Of a stretch of 32,000 bases of DNA, positions 1-10,826 are shown in pieces. Source of the DNA: Caedibacter taeniospiralis. Lineage in GTDB: Bacteria > Pseudomonadota > Gammaproteobacteria > Francisellales > Francisellaceae. The notes under the pieces were generated by a model. That model saw nothing but the letters and a program-made list of their open reading frames with translations. It made no database searches and was not told the DNA's origin. The first letter of the stretch is position 1. Each line of letters starts with the position of its first letter. The position numbers and the translations under genes are program-made. The stretch is taken from contig NZ_PGGB02000003.1 of the NCBI RefSeq assembly GCF_002803295.2, positions 90,210 through 122,209 on the forward strand, given 5' to 3'.

Positions 1-59
1 ATGAATGTCTGACAAACGCCGCTATGCTAGCAAGAAAAAAATCAAGCGTATATCAAAAC

Positions 60-656
60 ATGTATCCAGTTGCATTAACAGGGGGTATTGGTAGTGGCAA
101 AACGACGGTTGTAGAGATTTTTAAAACCCAACATGGGATTGATGTCATCTGCGCTGATCAATGCGCCAAAGAAGTTATTTTATTGCCTGAAGTTATAAGC
201 GCTATTGTCAATCAATTTGGTGCGCCAATCCTTGATGATGGGGGTTTGATCGATCGACAAAAATTACGTTACATCATTAGCCAGGATTCATCGGCACGTC
301 ATTGGTTAAATAAACTCATGCACCCCATCATTCGTCAGCAAATAGAAGAAAAGCTCAAGCAAAGCCACTCCATTTATACGATTATTGATATTCCACTGTT
401 AACCCAGGAAAGCCTGGCTAATTACCCTTATCTTAAAAAAATCATTTGCGTCTGTGCTTTACTTGAGAGAAAACTCGCCCGAATTATACAACGTGATAAG
501 CAAACGAAAGACGAAGCACTGGCATTGATTCAAAGCCAAATTAGCGACGATGAACGCCGAGGGTTTAGTGATTTTGTTATTGATAATAACGGGGATATCA
601 AGGCACTTGTGCCGCAGATTACACAGATAGATCTGAAGATTAGAAAGGGTATCTAG
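60..656 (+). CDS. coaE: Dephospho-CoA kinase
   Basis: P-loop MYPVALTGGIGSGKTTV followed by D-x-IC-ADQ-x-AKEV, typical of CoaE. The ORF track opens at 24, but the canonical N-terminus matches the ATG at 60. Confidence 0.92.
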   Translation: MYPVALTGGIGSGKTTVVEIFKTQHGIDVICADQCAKEVILLPEVISAIVNQFGAPILDDGGLIDRQKLRYIISQDSSARHWLNKLMHPIIRQQIEEKLKQSHSIYTIIDIPLLTQESLANYPYLKKIICVCALLERKLARIIQRDKQTKDEALALIQSQISDDERRGFSDFVIDNNGDIKALVPQITQIDLKIRKGI

Positions 657-665
657 ACGGCCACA

Positions 666-1115
666 CTACATGACACCTAAATATCGCCTTTCCTCAGCCT
701 GAGAAATATTTCGCCTAAATATCAGCCGCAATGAAGCGATGATTTTCTTTGGCTTTGTCAGCATTTCACTGATGGCTTTCGCGATAATATCAAGTCCTGC
801 GCGCACAATGGAGCATTGGGCATATCCATGTTTTTTGGGTTTGAAAGCAAGAAGTTTTTTCGTGAGCGCGATATCCCCCTGGCGATAAGCCCAAATAAAG
901 GCAATACTGGTCAGAAAAAACAAAGCAGATAGTCTGTCGTGGTCGTTAATATGCGTGCTTTCCAAGTTAAACCCGCGTTGTTTCATAGCGCTAAATAGCG
1001 TCTCTACTTGCCAGCGCATGCGATATAGCTCACAAACTGCCTCTTCACTAAAGTTAGATACCAGGATGAGCAGTTGACCATCCGCTAGCCGTTTACAAGC
1101 AATGGGCTTTGTTGA
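666..1115 (-). pseudogene. IS4-type DDE transposase, C-terminal remnant
   Basis: ORF 'MRWQVETLFSAMKQRGFNLESTHI...RLSALFFLTSIAFIWAYRQG' is the Y-[RK]-x-RW-x-[IV]-E-x-[LM]F region of IS4-family transposases. The same frame continues upstream (KPIACKRLADGQLLILVSNFSEEAVCELYRMRWQVETLF) and then is lost; no N-terminal DDE domain. Confidence 0.75.
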
Positions 1116-1287
1116 TTAGCTTAAAATATAACCAATATTAAGTTTGAAAAGCAGCTTCACAAAAGAGAATTGACTTGTTTGTGAATATAATTGGCTTTAA
1201 AACACTCTGTTTTCTGAACATTTATCATGCTGCTGGGTAGTTACCAGTTTTTTTGAAAATTGGTCTGTCTGGACTCTTAACCCGCTA

Positions 1288-2763
1288 CTATTGCTCTAAT
1301 TTATTAATAAATGGAGAAATAAGCATAACTACTATTGCCAGAATTGCCGAGATTAAGCATATGTGTTTGAAAAAATTAAAGTATGTAGATATGCTCATCT
1401 CTTCAATAAAATTAGTCTCAATACCAGTAAAGATTGCGAGAACACCTGAGATATAACTAGCGAAAGCAATTGCTAACATAAAAACACCTATCATCAGACC
1501 CAATTGTCGAGCTGGCGAAATACACGTTATGGTAGACAGGGCAGTAGGCATCAGCAATAGTTCTCCAATTGTAAAAAATAAGTACGCAAATACTAACCAA
1601 ATCATAGATGTCCCCTGATTAGTAGTTAAATAAGAACCTAGCGCTAGCATACCGAAACCTATTGATAACATTAAAAGCGCAATACCAAATTTCATTGTGG
1701 TTGTTGGATTACAATTTTTATGCTTAAGGAATGCTAAAAATTTTACTAGCAAAGGCGATATTGTCATAATAAATAATGGATTTAATGATTTATACGCACC
1801 TGCAGGTATTTGATATGAAAACACCCAACGATCAACATGTCTGTCTGTGAATAGAATTACAGATGATCCCATCTGTTCAAAAAAAGAAAAGAAAAGCATA
1901 GTAATAAACATCAGTAAGAAAATATAAATAATAGTTTTGCGTTCTTGTGGTGCGAGATTTATTGATAAGTATACGAAATAACATAGCACTAACAACCCAA
2001 AAAAAGATAATATCACACCGCTATGTTTTGGATGAGAAAGTAGATAAATAAACAAAGGTAATAGTAAAATAATGGAAAAGATTAACTTTATTATATAAAC
2101 GTATGGAATAATTGCTTTATTTAACAAATCTTTTATTGATTGACTGCTTGACGGTAAAATAAAAATTCCATTATAAGTAGCGTACAAAAAAACTATTAGT
2201 CCTATGGACATTCCAACTGCTGCCAAACCAAAGCCATAATGCCATCCTAGCCATTGCGCAATAACAGTTACTAAAATAGTTGCTGAAAACGAGCCAATAC
2301 TGATGCCCATGTAGAATATTATGAAACCACTGTCACGGCGAGGATCATTTTTATAATATAGTCCACCCAACATGGTAGGTACTGTCGGCTTAAAAAAGCC
2401 CGTTCCAACAATAATAAGTGATAATCCAAGGTAAAAACAAATATGATGACCGGACCAAAAAAAACTATCTGGCATTGCTAAACTTAAATGTCCACAAACA
2501 ATAAGAATTCCTCCCAACAAAACAGAACGCTCATGCCCAAGATATGTATCAGCAATATACCCACCAAGCACTGGTGTTATATACACAAACGCAGTAAATG
2601 TACCATAAGTTAAATAAGATAATGTATCACTAAATAACAGCTCTTGAGTCATGTATAGTACTAAAAGAACACGCATACCAAAATAACTAAAGCGTTCCCA
2701 TAATTCAGTAAAGAACAGATAATATAACCCTTTCGGTTGTGCTATTTGCAATGCGCTTTTCAT
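1288..2763 (-). CDS. POT/PTR family proton-dependent oligopeptide transporter (MFS)
   Basis: FFTELWERFSYFGMRVLLVLYMT and GGYIADTYLGHERSVLLGG motifs, many TM helices, ~490 aa, typical of bacterial DtpA-like transporters. Confidence 0.9.
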   Translation of the reverse strand: MKSALQIAQPKGLYYLFFTELWERFSYFGMRVLLVLYMTQELLFSDTLSYLTYGTFTAFVYITPVLGGYIADTYLGHERSVLLGGILIVCGHLSLAMPDSFFWSGHHICFYLGLSLIIVGTGFFKPTVPTMLGGLYYKNDPRRDSGFIIFYMGISIGSFSATILVTVIAQWLGWHYGFGLAAVGMSIGLIVFLYATYNGIFILPSSSQSIKDLLNKAIIPYVYIIKLIFSIILLLPLFIYLLSHPKHSGVILSFFGLLVLCYFVYLSINLAPQERKTIIYIFLLMFITMLFFSFFEQMGSSVILFTDRHVDRWVFSYQIPAGAYKSLNPLFIMTISPLLVKFLAFLKHKNCNPTTTMKFGIALLMLSIGFGMLALGSYLTTNQGTSMIWLVFAYLFFTIGELLLMPTALSTITCISPARQLGLMIGVFMLAIAFASYISGVLAIFTGIETNFIEEMSISTYFNFFKHICLISAILAIVVMLISPFINKLEQ

Positions 2764-2820
2764 TCTACAGAACCTTTTAGCTGTGTAAAATTAGCAAAAA
2801 AATTTTTGCTATGTGTGTGA

Positions 2821-3768
2821 TTATAATACAATCGTTTCTTTGACTTTTAGTGCGCTGTCTATAGCACGTGAGAAACATGAAGCTAGTATCTGCACTTTAG
2901 TATTATCAACAGAAAGATTAGACAGTTTAAAATCATCATCAGTGATTTCATTACATGACAATAGATCTTTGCGAACATCGATACACACAGTTCCTAATTC
3001 GAGCATAAGATAATAGCCAACCATATGGGTCTCGAGTAGATATGGTTTATCATAACTAATAGGAATATTTGCCTGATTGAAATTTGTAGTTAAAGCATCT
3101 ATTACGTCTTTGTTGGCGTAAATATTATTTAATAAATCACCTGTAAAAATTTCTGTTTGACGTATTTCCCCATTGAGATGACTAAGTTCAAAGGATTCGA
3201 TATAGTCAAGTAAATTATCAGGTGTTTCTAATAAAATCCCTTTAGGATTTTTCAAAGACTCTTTAGGTGAATAAGGTGCCATCGAATGCAAGTCAATTGA
3301 AATAGCCCCTAACTGTTTGGCTTTTGAGATGATAGTTTTTAGGGAGTAGATATACTGCTCATGTGTATCAACCAGAATAGCTTTAATTTCTGGATATTTT
3401 TGATAATCAATAACATTACGTACACAGTGAGGATAAAATCTTCCAGGGTCAATAATCGCACGAGGCAACGTTGGCTCAACTATTAACACCTTTATATCTA
3501 ATTTATCCCAACAGTATCTTGCAATGGCATGACCAAGCTCATGTGTCCCAAAATCATACTCAATAGATAGATAACGCTGAAAATCATGTTTTGATAATTT
3601 TATTAAGTGCTTAATATCAGAAATTTGATCCAAAAATTTCTCTCCAAAAGGAGCATGGGGGCATGTGATAATACAATCAAAATCAAATGTATCAGAGTAA
3701 TATGTACTGATAATTGTATTATCAGTAACAACTTTTGGAGTATAACAACTTAATTGCATAATTTTCAA
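2821..3768 (-). CDS. N-formylglutamate amidohydrolase-like family protein
   Basis: CPHAPFGEKF near the N-terminus, EPTLPRAIIDPGRFYP, and SIDLHSMAPYSP resemble the metal-binding and Arg motifs of FGase-like proteins. Family assignment from motif layout only. Confidence 0.5.
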   Translation of the reverse strand: MKIMQLSCYTPKVVTDNTIISTYYSDTFDFDCIITCPHAPFGEKFLDQISDIKHLIKLSKHDFQRYLSIEYDFGTHELGHAIARYCWDKLDIKVLIVEPTLPRAIIDPGRFYPHCVRNVIDYQKYPEIKAILVDTHEQYIYSLKTIISKAKQLGAISIDLHSMAPYSPKESLKNPKGILLETPDNLLDYIESFELSHLNGEIRQTEIFTGDLLNNIYANKDVIDALTTNFNQANIPISYDKPYLLETHMVGYYLMLELGTVCIDVRKDLLSCNEITDDDFKLSNLSVDNTKVQILASCFSRAIDSALKVKETIVL

Positions 3769-4345
3769 TCCTCATATTTTATCGTTATCTGAAATTTCCA
3801 AAATTTTGTAATAAATTGCCAGAGATGAGCTGCAAACCGGAATTCATCCCTGTTATCTTAGGGACTGCAAAAAAAAACAGGAGGAGCTCATCAACGGATA
3901 CCTTACTCTCCTTACTAACTCACTTGCAAGCATTTTCTTTGTACACGAAGAAAAAACTGCAAACTATAGTAGGTCATGAAAAAGAACCTCAAGCAGCTGA
4001 CAGGTAGTTTAAAGGAAATTTTAACTGGCACAAATCAAGATTGGATTGTTTTGCTAACCTTTTGGTTAGCTTAATCTCCAGGCAAGCGGCAAACCTTGCC
4101 CATTTAGCACCACATTTTGCGAGAGATACCAAAATTGCTGTGATGCAAAATTCTGTGATGTGATTGTAGTGAAATAGTAGCTGGGTAAAACAAGACGCCT
4201 TTGCGAGGCTTGGGCGCAGTGAGGCGAAAGTTTCATGCTGCGTTCTTCGAGGAGCCACTCTCAATAGTGGGATTGGCTTACTCTACGATAGCCAGCAATG
4301 GTCATTGCTTATCCGACGGTAGTATAATGCACTTGCTGCTACAAA

Positions 4346-5182
4346 TTAGAGCACCATAAACATGCTAAGCAAGGTAATGTTGACGATAGACAATATAAAC
4401 ATTTTACGCGCCCACTGGCTAGCGTTATCTGTTTTAAAGCCTTTGATACTTAGACCAAGCCAATAAATACCCAAGATAAGCGCAACTGCTAGATACAAAA
4501 TATGCACGCGAGCCACCATGGCAAGCATTAAAGTTGCAGCCACGTAGAGCAATATAAATATCAGCATATTGACTTGAGTGTACAGCATACTGCGCTTTAA
4601 GGGTAAAACGGGAATATTAGCCGCCGCATAATCATCTTTGCGGTAAATAGCAATGGCGAAAAAATGTGGCATTTGCCAACAAAACAGAATGATAAACAGG
4701 GTAAGCGCTGCCAGGTCAAATTGATTGCTCACTGCCGTATAACCAATTACTGGAGGAACCGCCCCTGAAATAGCCCCGATAACTGTACCAAAAATTGAGC
4801 TGCGCTTAAACCATATGGTATACGCCACCACATAGGCAAATAAACCAATGGCGGCAATGCTTAGTGTAAGTAGATTAGTGCCAAGGTATAAAGTAGCAAA
4901 ACCAATTATACCGAGAATAAAGGCATAACTTAGCGCAAATTTCAATGAAACAAGACCACATGCGGAGGGTCTTTTTTGCGTACGCGTCATCAGCTGGTCA
5001 ATATCGCGATCGATGTAATTGTTAAGCACACAACCACAGGCTATAACCAACGCCATGCCAACGAGTGCACTTAAGAATGTGATCCAGGAAAAATCACCTT
5101 GAAGCGCGACAAAAAAGCCACCACACAGAGTCACAATATTGCCAAAAATAATACCAGGCTTAATTAGTTTGATTAGTTTCAT
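4346..5182 (-). CDS. cyoE: Protoheme IX farnesyltransferase (heme O synthase)
   Basis: UbiA-family motifs NNYIDRDIDQLMTRTQKRP and YTIWFKRSSIFGTVIGAISGAVPPVIGY; last gene of the cyoABCDE order. Confidence 0.95.
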   Translation of the reverse strand: MKLIKLIKPGIIFGNIVTLCGGFFVALQGDFSWITFLSALVGMALVIACGCVLNNYIDRDIDQLMTRTQKRPSACGLVSLKFALSYAFILGIIGFATLYLGTNLLTLSIAAIGLFAYVVAYTIWFKRSSIFGTVIGAISGAVPPVIGYTAVSNQFDLAALTLFIILFCWQMPHFFAIAIYRKDDYAAANIPVLPLKRSMLYTQVNMLIFILLYVAATLMLAMVARVHILYLAVALILGIYWLGLSIKGFKTDNASQWARKMFILSIVNITLLSMFMVL

Positions 5183-5187
5183 TAACG

Positions 5188-5526
5188 CTACATGATCATC
5201 ATCATGCTATAAAGATTGAACATAATCCATAAAGTGCCAATGACAAGAATTAAGACAACAATGACGGCAAATACAAAGCTGATCATATTCCAGCGTGCTT
5301 TTGAATCTGTGCTTAAGTGCAAGAAAAACACCAGCTGCACATAAAGCTGAATAAGTGCCAAGACCACAACAGAAACATATAAGCCAATGGGCGGGAACGC
5401 CTTACAACCCACCAATGTAAATGCAATGACTGTAATAATGACTGACAGCACAAACCCCGTTATATATGTCCTGTACGTACCATAAGCTGCACCTGTTTCG
5501 TGATCGTATAAATGTTCTTTAGCCAT
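5188..5526 (-). CDS. cyoD: Cytochrome o ubiquinol oxidase subunit IV
   Basis: Small three-TM protein with LYVQLVFFLHLSTDSKARWN, positioned between cyoC and cyoE. Confidence 0.93.
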   Translation of the reverse strand: MAKEHLYDHETGAAYGTYRTYITGFVLSVIITVIAFTLVGCKAFPPIGLYVSVVVLALIQLYVQLVFFLHLSTDSKARWNMISFVFAVIVVLILVIGTLWIMFNLYSMMMIM

Positions 5527-5527
5527 A

Positions 5528-6133
5528 TTAGATTGCTCCCATTAAGTAAACAACAGAGAATACGAAAATCCACACAATATCCAGGAAATGCCAGAACAAA
5601 CCAAGATAGGTGAGTTTTGTTTTACTCATTGGCGTAATGCCATACTTATGGATTTGAAAAATCATGCTTAGAATCCAGATCAAACCAATGCTGACGTGTA
5701 GTCCATGTGTTCCAACAAGCGTAAAGAAAGAAGACAAAAATGCGCTTTGTGCCCATGAATGCCCTTCCATATACAGGTGATGAAACTCATAAAGCTCCAT
5801 GATAATAAAGCCTAAGCCTAAAATAAAAGTTACCCATAACCAGTTCGTGACCGTCTTTACGTTTCCTGAATTACGCGACAGCATGGCTAAACCGAAGGTA
5901 AAGCTACTGATCAAGAGTAACATTGTTTCAATAAATACAAATGGCAGACTAAACAGTTCTTTGGCACTTGGTCCACCAAAGGTGTGTGTATTAAAGACTG
6001 CGTAAACTGCAAACAGCGTTGCAAACAACACGCAGTCACTCATAATATATATCCAAAAGCCAAACACGCTCTTGGAGCCATCATAATGGTGATGGTGTTC
6101 ACCGTGATGGTTTTTTACTGCTGTAGCACTCAT
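5528..6133 (-). CDS. cyoC: Cytochrome o ubiquinol oxidase subunit III
   Basis: [21 protein letters not shown] and [14 protein letters not shown] motifs of heme-copper oxidase subunit III; overlaps the cyoB stop (ATGA). Confidence 0.95.
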   Translation of the reverse strand: MSATAVKNHHGEHHHHYDGSKSVFGFWIYIMSDCVLFATLFAVYAVFNTHTFGGPSAKELFSLPFVFIETMLLLISSFTFGLAMLSRNSGNVKTVTNWLWVTFILGLGFIIMELYEFHHLYMEGHSWAQSAFLSSFFTLVGTHGLHVSIGLIWILSMIFQIHKYGITPMSKTKLTYLGLFWHFLDIVWIFVFSVVYLMGAI

Positions 6134-8160
6134 GCGCCCACCTTCTTCATGTTTTCAATTTCACTTTCTGTTTCTTCTACTTCTTTTGCTTTGACGAAGT
6201 AGTCGATATCGTAGTTAAACCCGCGCGTAATCACAGAAGCAATGATGCCAACCAAACCAACCACGGCAAGCCACCAGATATGCCATATCATGGCAAAGCC
6301 AAACGCTAAAGCAAATGCGCCAATTACAAAAGCAACCCCTGTATTTCTCGGCATATGAATATCTTCATAAGGGCGTTTTTCAGAGGCGGGTCTGTTTTCA
6401 ATATTTAAGCCCTTTTTCTTATGCTCCCAGAAGCCATCCAGTGAATCGACCACAGGATCACGTGCAAAATTATAAAAAGGCGCTGGCGATGCCGTTGCCC
6501 ATTCAAGGGTGCGCCCATTCCAAGGATCACCCGTTAAATCACGGTTTTTGTGACGGTCTTTGATACTGACAATAATCTGAATGACTTGTAAAAGCACGCC
6601 AATGGCAATCAACATTGAACCGACCCACGCTACGACCAACCAAGGTTGGAAACCGGTTGAGGCGTCATAATTATACAAGCGACGCGTCATGCCAATAGCG
6701 CCAAGATAATAAAGCGGCATAAAGGCTACAAAGAAACCAATAATCCAGAACCAGAATGACCACTTGCCCAGACGTTCGTTAAGCTTAAAGCCAAACATTT
6801 TCGGAAACCAGTAGATAAGACCCGCAAAGTAACCAAAGACGACACCGCCAATAATAACGTTATGAAAATGCGCAATCAAGAACACGCTGTTGTGCATCTG
6901 AAAATCGACACCTGGCACTGACAGCAATACCCCCGTCATCCCACCAATCGTAAAGGTCACCAAAAAGCCCATCAGCCAATACATTGGCGAGGTAAAGGTA
7001 ATTCGCCCACGAAACATGGTGAACAACCAGTTGAAAATCTTAACCCCCGTTGGAATCGCAATAATCATCGTCATAATACCAAAGAAGGCGTTTACATTGG
7101 CACCTGCCCCCATCGTAAAGAAGTGGTGCAGCCATACTGAGAAGGAAAGAACGGTGATGACAATGCTCGCCCCCACCATCGTTGCATAACCAAATAATTT
7201 TTTCTTGGCAAATACTGAAGTGATTTCTGAGAAGATCCCAAACGCAGGTAAAATCAAAATATAAACTTCAGGGTGCCCCCAGATCCAGATCAGATTGACA
7301 TACATCATCTGATCTCCGCCGCCACTAACGGTGAAGAAATTCGTACCAAGATAACGATCCAAGGTTAATAGCGCCAAGGTTACTGTTAACACGGGGAAGG
7401 CAGCGATCACTAGAATAATTGAACACAATGAAGTCCAGGTAAATACGGGCATTTTCATCAAGGTCATGCCTTTACAGCGCATTTTGATGATGGTGACAAA
7501 AAAGTTTACTCCCGTCATCAGCGACCCGATACCCGATATCTGAAGCGCCCATATCCAATAATCCACCCCGACACTGGGACTATAAGCCGTCTCCGAATAA
7601 GGAGGATATGCCAACCAGCCCGTGTGCGCAAAGTCACCTATGAGCAAAGACATATTAACCAACACCACACCGACAACGAAAAGCCAGAAACTTAGCGAAT
7701 TCAGATAGGGGAATGCCACATCACGCGCGCCAATTTGCAGTGGAATCGCGATATTCATCAAGCCAAACATCAAAGGCATTGCCACAAAGAAAATCATGAT
7801 AACACCATGAGCAGTGAATATCTGATCAAAATGCTCAGGAATCAGATAACCCGTACTATCCCCTGATGCCAGTGCCTGTTGCGTACGCATCATTGCGGCA
7901 TCGACGAATCCACGAAATAACATCACCAAGGCGACAAGGATGTACATGATGCCAATTTTTTTATGATCTACCGTGGTAAACCACTCGCGCCACAAGTATC
8001 CCCATTTTTTATAATACGTGACGCCACCAACTAATGCTAAGCCGCCAACCACGATGAAGATAAACATTCCAAGAATGATCAGCTGCTGGCTTACGGGTTC
8101 CCATAAGTACGGAAAAACCTCATGTGGATCACTCAGTCTTCCAATTAATGCTTCTAACAT
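6130..8160 (-). CDS. cyoB: Cytochrome o ubiquinol oxidase subunit I
   Basis: 676-aa heme-copper oxidase subunit I with [21 protein letters not shown] and [37 protein letters not shown]. Confidence 0.97.
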   Translation of the reverse strand: MLEALIGRLSDPHEVFPYLWEPVSQQLIILGMFIFIVVGGLALVGGVTYYKKWGYLWREWFTTVDHKKIGIMYILVALVMLFRGFVDAAMMRTQQALASGDSTGYLIPEHFDQIFTAHGVIMIFFVAMPLMFGLMNIAIPLQIGARDVAFPYLNSLSFWLFVVGVVLVNMSLLIGDFAHTGWLAYPPYSETAYSPSVGVDYWIWALQISGIGSLMTGVNFFVTIIKMRCKGMTLMKMPVFTWTSLCSIILVIAAFPVLTVTLALLTLDRYLGTNFFTVSGGGDQMMYVNLIWIWGHPEVYILILPAFGIFSEITSVFAKKKLFGYATMVGASIVITVLSFSVWLHHFFTMGAGANVNAFFGIMTMIIAIPTGVKIFNWLFTMFRGRITFTSPMYWLMGFLVTFTIGGMTGVLLSVPGVDFQMHNSVFLIAHFHNVIIGGVVFGYFAGLIYWFPKMFGFKLNERLGKWSFWFWIIGFFVAFMPLYYLGAIGMTRRLYNYDASTGFQPWLVVAWVGSMLIAIGVLLQVIQIIVSIKDRHKNRDLTGDPWNGRTLEWATASPAPFYNFARDPVVDSLDGFWEHKKKGLNIENRPASEKRPYEDIHMPRNTGVAFVIGAFALAFGFAMIWHIWWLAVVGLVGIIASVITRGFNYDIDYFVKAKEVEETESEIENMKKVGA

Positions 8161-8177
8161 ATTTTTTCCCTATTCAT

Positions 8178-9176
8178 TCACATTTTAAGACTTGTTTCTG
8201 ACATATGGTGCATATGTCCCATCATGCCTGGTTTATAGTTTGGCATCATGTAGTACATAACAATGTCGTTAAATAGATTTTTATCCACTTGACCATAATA
8301 AGTTACAGGATTGTTCACTGAGCGTATGACTAAATGATCCCAGAAATAATCCCATGTCAGATTCTTTTTATCTGATTTGACTTCTGTCACCCACTGATCA
8401 AAGTCTGCCTTAGCGGTTGCATCCGCATAAAATTGCATATGCGCAAACCCTTGCCCTGTATAATTTGCAGAGAAACCACGATATGTGCCCGGACGCTCAG
8501 CCAACAAGTGCAACTTAGTAATCATGCCAGTCATTGCATAAATCTGCCCTCCTAGCTGCGGAATGAAAAATGAATTCATTGGCGCCGCGGAAGTAATCCT
8601 AAAATTAACGGGCTGCCCCACAGGAATAACGATTTTATTCACGGTTGCAATATCGTATTGCGGATAGATAAACATCCATTTCCAATCTAAGGCAACCACC
8701 TCAATTTCAACAGGTTGCTGATCTGACTTTAATGGCTTGTATGGATTTAATGAGTGTGTTGTTACCCACGTGACAATAGCCAGTATCAAAATAATAACAC
8801 AGGGGATTGCCCACCATACGATCTCAAGCGCCGTGCTGTGAGACCACTCTGGACGATATTTTGACTTGGTCGCGCCATCTCTATAGCGCCACGCAAACCA
8901 GAACGTCAAAAAAATAACGGGAATAACGACAATTAGCATCAACAAAATAGCAAATACCAATAGCCTTAATTCGTGATGTGCAACAGGTCCTTGTGGATCG
9001 AGCACGCCTGAGCTGCAACCACCCAGTAACATTACTGGGATCAAAACCATTAATGCACCTGACGGCTTAGCTAAAGGCTGTTTGCGTTTTGGTTTTCTGT
9101 ACCCAGAACCAAACAAGACCGACAAATTCGCCAGCCTTTTTAGTGCAGATACGAAAAAGTGCAAATACTTCATCAT
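8178..9176 (-). CDS. cyoA: Cytochrome o ubiquinol oxidase subunit II (lipoprotein)
   Basis: Lipobox LIPVMLLGGCSSGVLDPQGPVA, HSTALEIVWWAIPCVIILILAIVTW, FSANYTGQGFAHMQF. Start placed at MMKYLHF (9176) rather than the longer ORF start at 9233. Confidence 0.93.
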   Translation of the reverse strand: MMKYLHFFVSALKRLANLSVLFGSGYRKPKRKQPLAKPSGALMVLIPVMLLGGCSSGVLDPQGPVAHHELRLLVFAILLMLIVVIPVIFLTFWFAWRYRDGATKSKYRPEWSHSTALEIVWWAIPCVIILILAIVTWVTTHSLNPYKPLKSDQQPVEIEVVALDWKWMFIYPQYDIATVNKIVIPVGQPVNFRITSAAPMNSFFIPQLGGQIYAMTGMITKLHLLAERPGTYRGFSANYTGQGFAHMQFYADATAKADFDQWVTEVKSDKKNLTWDYFWDHLVIRSVNNPVTYYGQVDKNLFNDIVMYYMMPNYKPGMMGHMHHMSETSLKM

Positions 9177-9401
9177 ATTGATTTCCTTAGTTCCTCTATA
9201 TCTGGCTAAGTTATTGAAAATAACTTCGGGCATAGTATAACTATTTTTTTGCTAATTAAAACCGTGACTGCTGACTTTGTACCGAAAAGCTTTTCTAATC
9301 TCAATGTCAGATGAACAGTGCTTGGCTGGAGTGAGAAATATCGGCTCTGAGTATCTTTCCGCCCACCGTTACCCTGCGCGAAGTCGTTAGGGTTATTTGA
9401 A

Positions 9402-9431
9402 AGCTGGATTCCCGCCTTCGCGGGAATGACC
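9402..9431. repeat. Hairpin-forming dispersed repeat (GCTGGATTCCCGCC-TTCG-CGGGAATGAC type)
   Basis: Palindromic TTCCCGCC...GCGGGAA element of a kind widespread in proteobacterial intergenic regions; lies between cyoA and the arnA-like gene. Confidence 0.6.
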
Positions 9432-9548
9432 GTGTCTCTTTTGTTTGGGCGGAAATTTTGTCTAAGCCGAATATTGAGTGCCAATGGAAGACCAGGCATT
9501 CAAGAAAGGCACCAGTAGCCAACAACCCCCTATTTCTTTCGAACTTCA

Positions 9549-10568
9549 TCATTGAAGCAAATGGTAATCAAAGGTTCTTCTTAAGGCATCTTGCATGGAA
9601 ACCTTTGGCTCCCAATTTAAATAACGTTTGGCATTTTCAATCGATGGCACACGGCGATCAACATCCTGATAACCTGCTCCATAATAATCCCCGGCCGTCG
9701 TTGCGATGATCCTGGTGTTTTCAGCGCGTGCTCTATATTCAGGATAACGCTTCATTGCTTGAAGGGTGAGCTCTGCCAGCTCTTTAATCGAGTATTCATT
9801 ATCTGGGTTGCCAATATTAAAAATCCGCTGATACGCTTCCTTATCACGTTTTTTAACAATCTTAATTAAGGCATCAATCCCATCATCAATGTAAGTAAAG
9901 CAGCGCTGTTGCGTACCACCATCAACCAATTGTAAATCTTTGCCATCGATTATATTGGAGACAAATTGCGCCAGCACTCTCGCACTGCCTTTTTTAGATG
10001 ACTTGATTTCGTCCTGCTTTGGACCAATCCAGTTAAACGGTCTAAAAAGCGTATAACTCAAGCCTTCTTGCATACCATAAGCATGAATCACCCGATCTAA
10101 AAGCTGCTTAGAGCATGAATAAATCCAGCGTGGCTTGTTAATGGGACCTGTCACTAAAGCGCTTGTTTCCTCATCAAAAGGAATATCTTTACTCATACCA
10201 TACACTTCTGAGGTTGAAGGGAACACCAGATGTTTTTTGTGTTTTACACAAAGTTTGACGATGTCGATGTTTGACTCGTAATCCAGTTTATAGACAAAAA
10301 GCGGATCAGAGACATAAAGTGCTGGATTAGCAACTGCCACTAAAGGGAAAACAACATCACATTTTTGGATATGCTCCTCAATCCAAGCGGTACTCTCAAG
10401 TACATTACCTTTGACAAAATGCAAACGTGGGTGACCTAAAAACTCAGTAATCTTGTGATCTGACAAATCCATGCCATAGATTTCCCAGTTGGTTTCGCTC
10501 AAAATCTTTTCAACCATACTGCTGCCAATAAAGCCATTGACACCTAAAACTAATAATTTTACCGACAT
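9549..10568 (-). CDS. UDP-glucuronic acid decarboxylase/NAD-dependent epimerase, ArnA dehydrogenase-domain-like (stand-alone)
   Basis: MSVKLLVLGVNGFIGSSMVEKIL Rossmann motif, PSTSEVYGM, YSCSKQLLDRVIHAYG, FRPFNWIGPK. Corresponds to the C-terminal domain of ArnA; no formyltransferase domain is present. Confidence 0.85.
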   Translation of the reverse strand: MSVKLLVLGVNGFIGSSMVEKILSETNWEIYGMDLSDHKITEFLGHPRLHFVKGNVLESTAWIEEHIQKCDVVFPLVAVANPALYVSDPLFVYKLDYESNIDIVKLCVKHKKHLVFPSTSEVYGMSKDIPFDEETSALVTGPINKPRWIYSCSKQLLDRVIHAYGMQEGLSYTLFRPFNWIGPKQDEIKSSKKGSARVLAQFVSNIIDGKDLQLVDGGTQQRCFTYIDDGIDALIKIVKKRDKEAYQRIFNIGNPDNEYSIKELAELTLQAMKRYPEYRARAENTRIIATTAGDYYGAGYQDVDRRVPSIENAKRYLNWEPKVSMQDALRRTFDYHLLQ

Positions 10569-10633
10569 TTTTCTTACCTTAGTTATTGTGGGATTACGCA
10601 CTAATGCACTACCTTAAGCAGTCTTATGAAAAA

Positions 10634-10771
10634 CTACCCCGTCAGCCTGCGGCTGCCACCCCTTCGCTAACGAAGGGGAATTACACATACGCCACAATTC
10701 CCCTTCACTCGTGAAGGGGTGCCGAGCTTGCCTGCCCACTCTCGAGTGGTCAGGCTTGCGAGGCGGGGTAG
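10634..10771. repeat. Composite dispersed inverted repeat, copy A
   Basis: Outer arms CTACCCCGTCAGCCT ... AGGCGGGGTAG; inner ACCCCTTCGctaaCGAAGGGGAATT and AATTCCCCTTCACtcGTGAAGGGGT. Same architecture as 24450..24622. Confidence 0.8.
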
Positions 10772-10826
10772 TGAGTGCTTAAGGTAGTGCCATTAGGATT
10801 AGGTACTTTTGCGCAACTTCAGTTAG

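Noticed and set aside
1253-1456. 67-aa plus-strand ORF antisense to the transporter 3' end
   Set aside because: Lies mostly inside the minus-strand POT gene and has no recognisable features; chance ORF.
3816-4007. 63-aa plus-strand ORF
   Set aside because: Short, no domain, in a non-coding/repeat-like interval; insufficient support.
9206-9552. Overlapping ORFs of 97 and 81 aa reading 'RDTVIPAKAGIQ' / 'TRSFPRRRESSF'
   Set aside because: These peptides are translations of the common TTCCCGCC-GCGGGAA hairpin repeat, not genes.
10634-10771. Palindromic region considered as a CRISPR fragment or attenuator
   Set aside because: Nested inverted arms with a second similar copy at 24450-24622 fit a dispersed repeat better; no spacer-repeat periodicity.
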